This document shows positions 61,141-64,000 of a stretch of 64,000 nt of DNA, in pieces. Within the stretch, counting starts at the first letter, position 1. Each line of letters begins with the position of its first letter. This DNA comes from Alphaproteobacteria bacterium (GTDB taxonomy: Bacteria; Pseudomonadota; Alphaproteobacteria; Bin95). The DNA is taken from NCBI GenBank assembly GCA_965202745.1, contig CBDBCB010000022.1, positions 239,835 through 303,834 of the forward strand, read 5' to 3'. The position numbers were made by a program, and so were the translations under genes. Below the pieces are notes generated by a model. It searched no databases and was not told where the DNA came from. It worked only from the letters and a program-made list of their open reading frames with translations.

Positions 61141-63003
61141 GTGATGGACCAACGTCCGATATTTCAAACCTCCTTTGACTTTGGTGACGAGCCCGGTCTG
61201 TTCGATGGAGAGCAGCTCGATGAGCTGTACCAGGACCAGCACAATCACGTTCGCATCGACCGCTCCCGCGACGATCTGCTGACACCTTTCGGCAAGGCAA
61301 CACTGACCGACCGCTACCTGATGCCGGGCGAGTCTTTCCAGGACCGGTTTGTGCGCGTCGCGAGCCATTTCGCCGACGACTCAGCCCACGCCCAGCGCAT
61401 CTATGACTACATTTCCAAGCTCTGGTTCATGCCGTCGACACCGGTGCTCTCCAACGGCGGTACCGACCGGGGCCTGCCGATTTCCTGCTATCTGAACGAG
61501 GCTAGCGACAGCCTCGAAGGAATTGTCGGCCTCTGGACGGAGAATGTCTGGCTCGCGGCCCGTGGCGGCGGCATTGGCAGCTATTGGGGCAACCTGCGCT
61601 CGATTGGCGAGACGGTCGGCGGCATCGGCAAGACCTCCGGCGTGGTCCCCTTCATCCGCGTGATGGATTCCATGACGCTCGCCATCAGCCAGGGCAGCCT
61701 ACGCCGCGGCTCGGCTGCGGTCTATCTGCCGATCCACCACCCCGAAATCGAGGAATTCATCGAAATCCGGCGGCCCACCGGCGGCGATTACAACCGCAAG
61801 GCCCTGAACCTGCACCATGGCATTGCCATCACCGATGCTTTCATGCGCGCGGTCGAGAATGACGAGACCTGGGCGTTGGTCAGTCCCAATGACGGGGCGG
61901 TGCAGAAGACCGTATCCGCCCGCTCGCTTTGGATCAGGCTGCTGACGGCGCGGGTTGAGATCGGTGAGCCCTACCTGCTGTTCATCGACACCGTGAACCG
62001 CGCCCGCCCGGAGCATCACAAGCTGGCGGGGCTGGAGGTCAAGACCTCCAACCTCTGCTCAGAGATCACGCTGCCAACCGGCGTGGATCATCTGGGCAAC
62101 GAGCGCACGGCGGTCTGCTGTCTCTCCTCCCTCAACCTGGAGAAATACAAGGAGTGGGAGGAGCACCCGACCTTTATCGAGGACGTGATGCGCTTCCTCG
62201 ACAATGTCATCCAAGACTATATCGACAACGCGCCGGACAGCATGGCCCGCGCCAAATACGCGGCGGAGCGGGAGCGCAGCGTCGGCCTGGGCGTCATGGG
62301 CTTTCACTCGTTCCTGCAGGCCGAAAGCATCCCGTTCGAAGGGGTGATGGCCAAGGTCTGGAACACCCGCATGTTTGCCCACATCAAGAGCCAGGCGGAC
62401 ACGGCCAGCCAGGTGCTGGCGGCCGAACGCGGGCCGTGCCCCGACTCCGCCGACTATGGCGGAAACGAGCGCTTTTCCAACAAGATGGCCATCGCGCCTA
62501 CGGCCTCCATCTCGATTATTTGCGGCGGCTCCTCGCCAGGGATCGAGCCGATTGCGGCCAATGCGTTCAATCACAAAACGCTTTCCGGCTCCTTTGCCGT
62601 GCGCAACCGGGCCTTGGCGAAGGTGCTAGCGGGGTATGGCAAGGACTATGCCGACACCTGGTCCTCCATCACCACGCACGAGGGCTCGGTCCAGCACCTG
62701 GACTTCCTGAGCGACCACGAGCAGGACGTGTTCAAGACCGCCTTTGAACTGGACCAGCGCTGGGTGATCGACCACGCTGCCGACCGCCAGCCCTATATCT
62801 GTCAGGCGCAGAGCCTGAACATTTTCCTGCCCGCCGACGTGCACAAGCGCGACCTGCACCAATTACACTTCCGCGCCTGGGAGAAGGGCTGCAAGAGCCT
62901 CTACTACCTGCGCTCCAAGTCGCTGCAGCGCGCCGACGTGGTCAGCATCGCCCCGCCGCCCATGCCCTTGCGCGACGACGACGATTGCCTGGCGTGTCAG
63001 TGA
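61141..63003 (+). CDS. nrdA: ribonucleoside-diphosphate reductase alpha subunit (class I, short form without ATP-cone)
   Basis: Active-site 'TSNLCSEITLP' (NxCxE) and a C-terminal Cys pair 'CLACQ'. 620 aa. An R2-type beta subunit follows. Confidence 0.9.
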   Translation: MMDQRPIFQTSFDFGDEPGLFDGEQLDELYQDQHNHVRIDRSRDDLLTPFGKATLTDRYLMPGESFQDRFVRVASHFADDSAHAQRIYDYISKLWFMPSTPVLSNGGTDRGLPISCYLNEASDSLEGIVGLWTENVWLAARGGGIGSYWGNLRSIGETVGGIGKTSGVVPFIRVMDSMTLAISQGSLRRGSAAVYLPIHHPEIEEFIEIRRPTGGDYNRKALNLHHGIAITDAFMRAVENDETWALVSPNDGAVQKTVSARSLWIRLLTARVEIGEPYLLFIDTVNRARPEHHKLAGLEVKTSNLCSEITLPTGVDHLGNERTAVCCLSSLNLEKYKEWEEHPTFIEDVMRFLDNVIQDYIDNAPDSMARAKYAAERERSVGLGVMGFHSFLQAESIPFEGVMAKVWNTRMFAHIKSQADTASQVLAAERGPCPDSADYGGNERFSNKMAIAPTASISIICGGSSPGIEPIAANAFNHKTLSGSFAVRNRALAKVLAGYGKDYADTWSSITTHEGSVQHLDFLSDHEQDVFKTAFELDQRWVIDHAADRQPYICQAQSLNIFLPADVHKRDLHQLHFRAWEKGCKSLYYLRSKSLQRADVVSIAPPPMPLRDDDDCLACQ

Positions 63004-63009
63004 GCAGGC

Positions 63010-63125
63010 CGATCTCTCCCTCCCATCTCATCCTGAGTAGCGCGAAGCGCGTATTGAAGCGGCAACCGGCAACCAACACGCCCTTCGATACGCGCTCTAG
63101 CGAGCGCTACTCAGTATGAGATCAA
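63010..63125. promoter_or_regulatory. long imperfect palindrome / hairpin in the nrdA-nrdB intergenic region
   Basis: 'catctcatcctgagtagcgcgaagcgcgtattgaag...cttcgatacgcgctctagcgagcgctactcagtatgagat'. The arms pair over ~25-30 nt. Confidence 0.4.
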
Positions 63126-63135
63126 GGTAATCCAA

Positions 63136-64000
63136 TGCCCCTTCTTGACCCCAAACCCACCTACAAGCCGTTCGCCTACCCCTGGGCGTTCGAGGCCTGG
63201 CAGTTGCAGCAGCGCTTGCACTGGCTGCCGGACGAGGTCCCGCTCGCCGACGACGTGAAGGACTGGCAGCGCGCCCTGACCGATGGCGAGCGCAACCTGC
63301 TCACCCACATTTTCCGCTTTTTCACCCAGGCGGATGTGGAGGTGAACAATTGCTACATGAAGCATTACGCTCAGGTTTTCGAGCCAACCGAAGTGCAGAT
63401 GATGCTCTCGGCCTTTTCCAATACCGAGACCATCCATATTGCAGCCTACAGCCATCTGCTGGATACGATCGGCATTCCGGAGGTGGAGTATTTGGCCTTC
63501 CTTCACTACCAGGCGATGCGTGACAAGTACGATTACATGCAGCAATTCAGCGTAGACTCGAAACGCTCTATCGCGCTGACCATGGCGGTGTTCGGCGGCT
63601 TTACGGAGGGGGTGCAGCTATTTGCGAGCTTCGCCATCCTGCTGAACTTTCCGCGCTTCAATAAGATGAAGGGCATGGGCCAGATCGTGGCCTGGTCGGC
63701 GCGGGACGAGACGCTGCACACGCTCTCTATCATCAAACTGTTCCGCGCCTTTGCGGAGGAATACCCGGAGGCCTGGGCGGACGATCTGGCAGGCGAAATC
63801 CGCACGGCCTGCGAAACCATCATCACGCACGAGGACGCCTTCATCGACCTGGCCTTTGAACTGGGGAAGGTGGAGGGCCTCTCACCGGATGAGGTCAAGG
63901 CCTACATCCGCTTCATCGCCGACCGCCGTATGGCGCAACTGGGTCTGGAGCCGGTCTTTAAGATCGCCAAGAACCCGCTGCCCTGGATGGACGAAATGCT
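63136..64000 (+). CDS. nrdB: ribonucleoside-diphosphate reductase beta subunit (R2), 3' end outside window
   Basis: ATG at 63136. 'MPLLDPKPTYKPFAYPWAFEAWQLQQRLHWLPDEVPL...' with ferritin-like ExxH ('ETIHIAAYSHLLD') and 'VFGGFTEGVQLFASFAILLNF'. It runs off the window end and is not in the ORF track. Confidence 0.85.

Overview
This is a GC-rich (~62%) chromosomal segment that looks alphaproteobacterial. Two intact housekeeping flanks surround a roughly 39-kb, heavily decayed accessory island; the family names given for features are recalled from memory rather than database searches. The left flank (1-6000) carries an FAD-dependent oxidoreductase, a DUF2125-like protein, a PlsC-like acyltransferase, a YdcF-like protein, ftsEX and a zinc-ribbon protein. 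The right flank (47835-64000) carries dusA, lrp, trxB, lysR, a frameshifted beta-propeller repeat gene, glcDE, a cysteine-less ribosomal protein L36 gene missing from the ORF track, a molybdopterin oxidoreductase, a frameshifted alpha/beta hydrolase and nrdAB. The island (about 6.0/8.3-47.7 kb) abuts the 5' end of dusA. A 44-aa integrase N-terminal stub (47601..47732) faces away from dusA, and the dusA 5' end is atypically AT-rich, which suggests a dusA-targeting integrative element. The island holds at least 13 insertion-sequence copies or remnants: IS256-family (one copy plus three end fragments), IS30, IS21 (two copies plus two remnants), IS6, IS3, ISAs1, IS481-like (two copies plus two end fragments) and an ISNCY-like element. 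It also holds three paralogous low-GC sulfotransferase-like genes next to nonsense-inactivated ugd and phyH-like genes, a type I restriction-modification (RM) locus with intact hsdMS but a shattered hsdR, a PLD-nuclease/helicase fusion pseudogene, a vapBC toxin-antitoxin module, an N6-methyltransferase fragment, two copies of a small-terminase-like (terS-like) gene next to a DUF1640-like gene, and a serine recombinase. Two recurrent lesion types stand out. First, at least 12 premature in-frame stop codons, mostly TAG, affect at least 9 island genes. Second, 7/8/17-bp tandem duplications cause frameshifts, and 21/54-bp in-frame duplications occur in DUF1640 paralogs. A 1.29-kb inverted repeat pair flanks the vapBC and methyltransferase-fragment cassette, forming an invertible-segment-like architecture. 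No rRNA, tRNA or CRISPR array was recognised.
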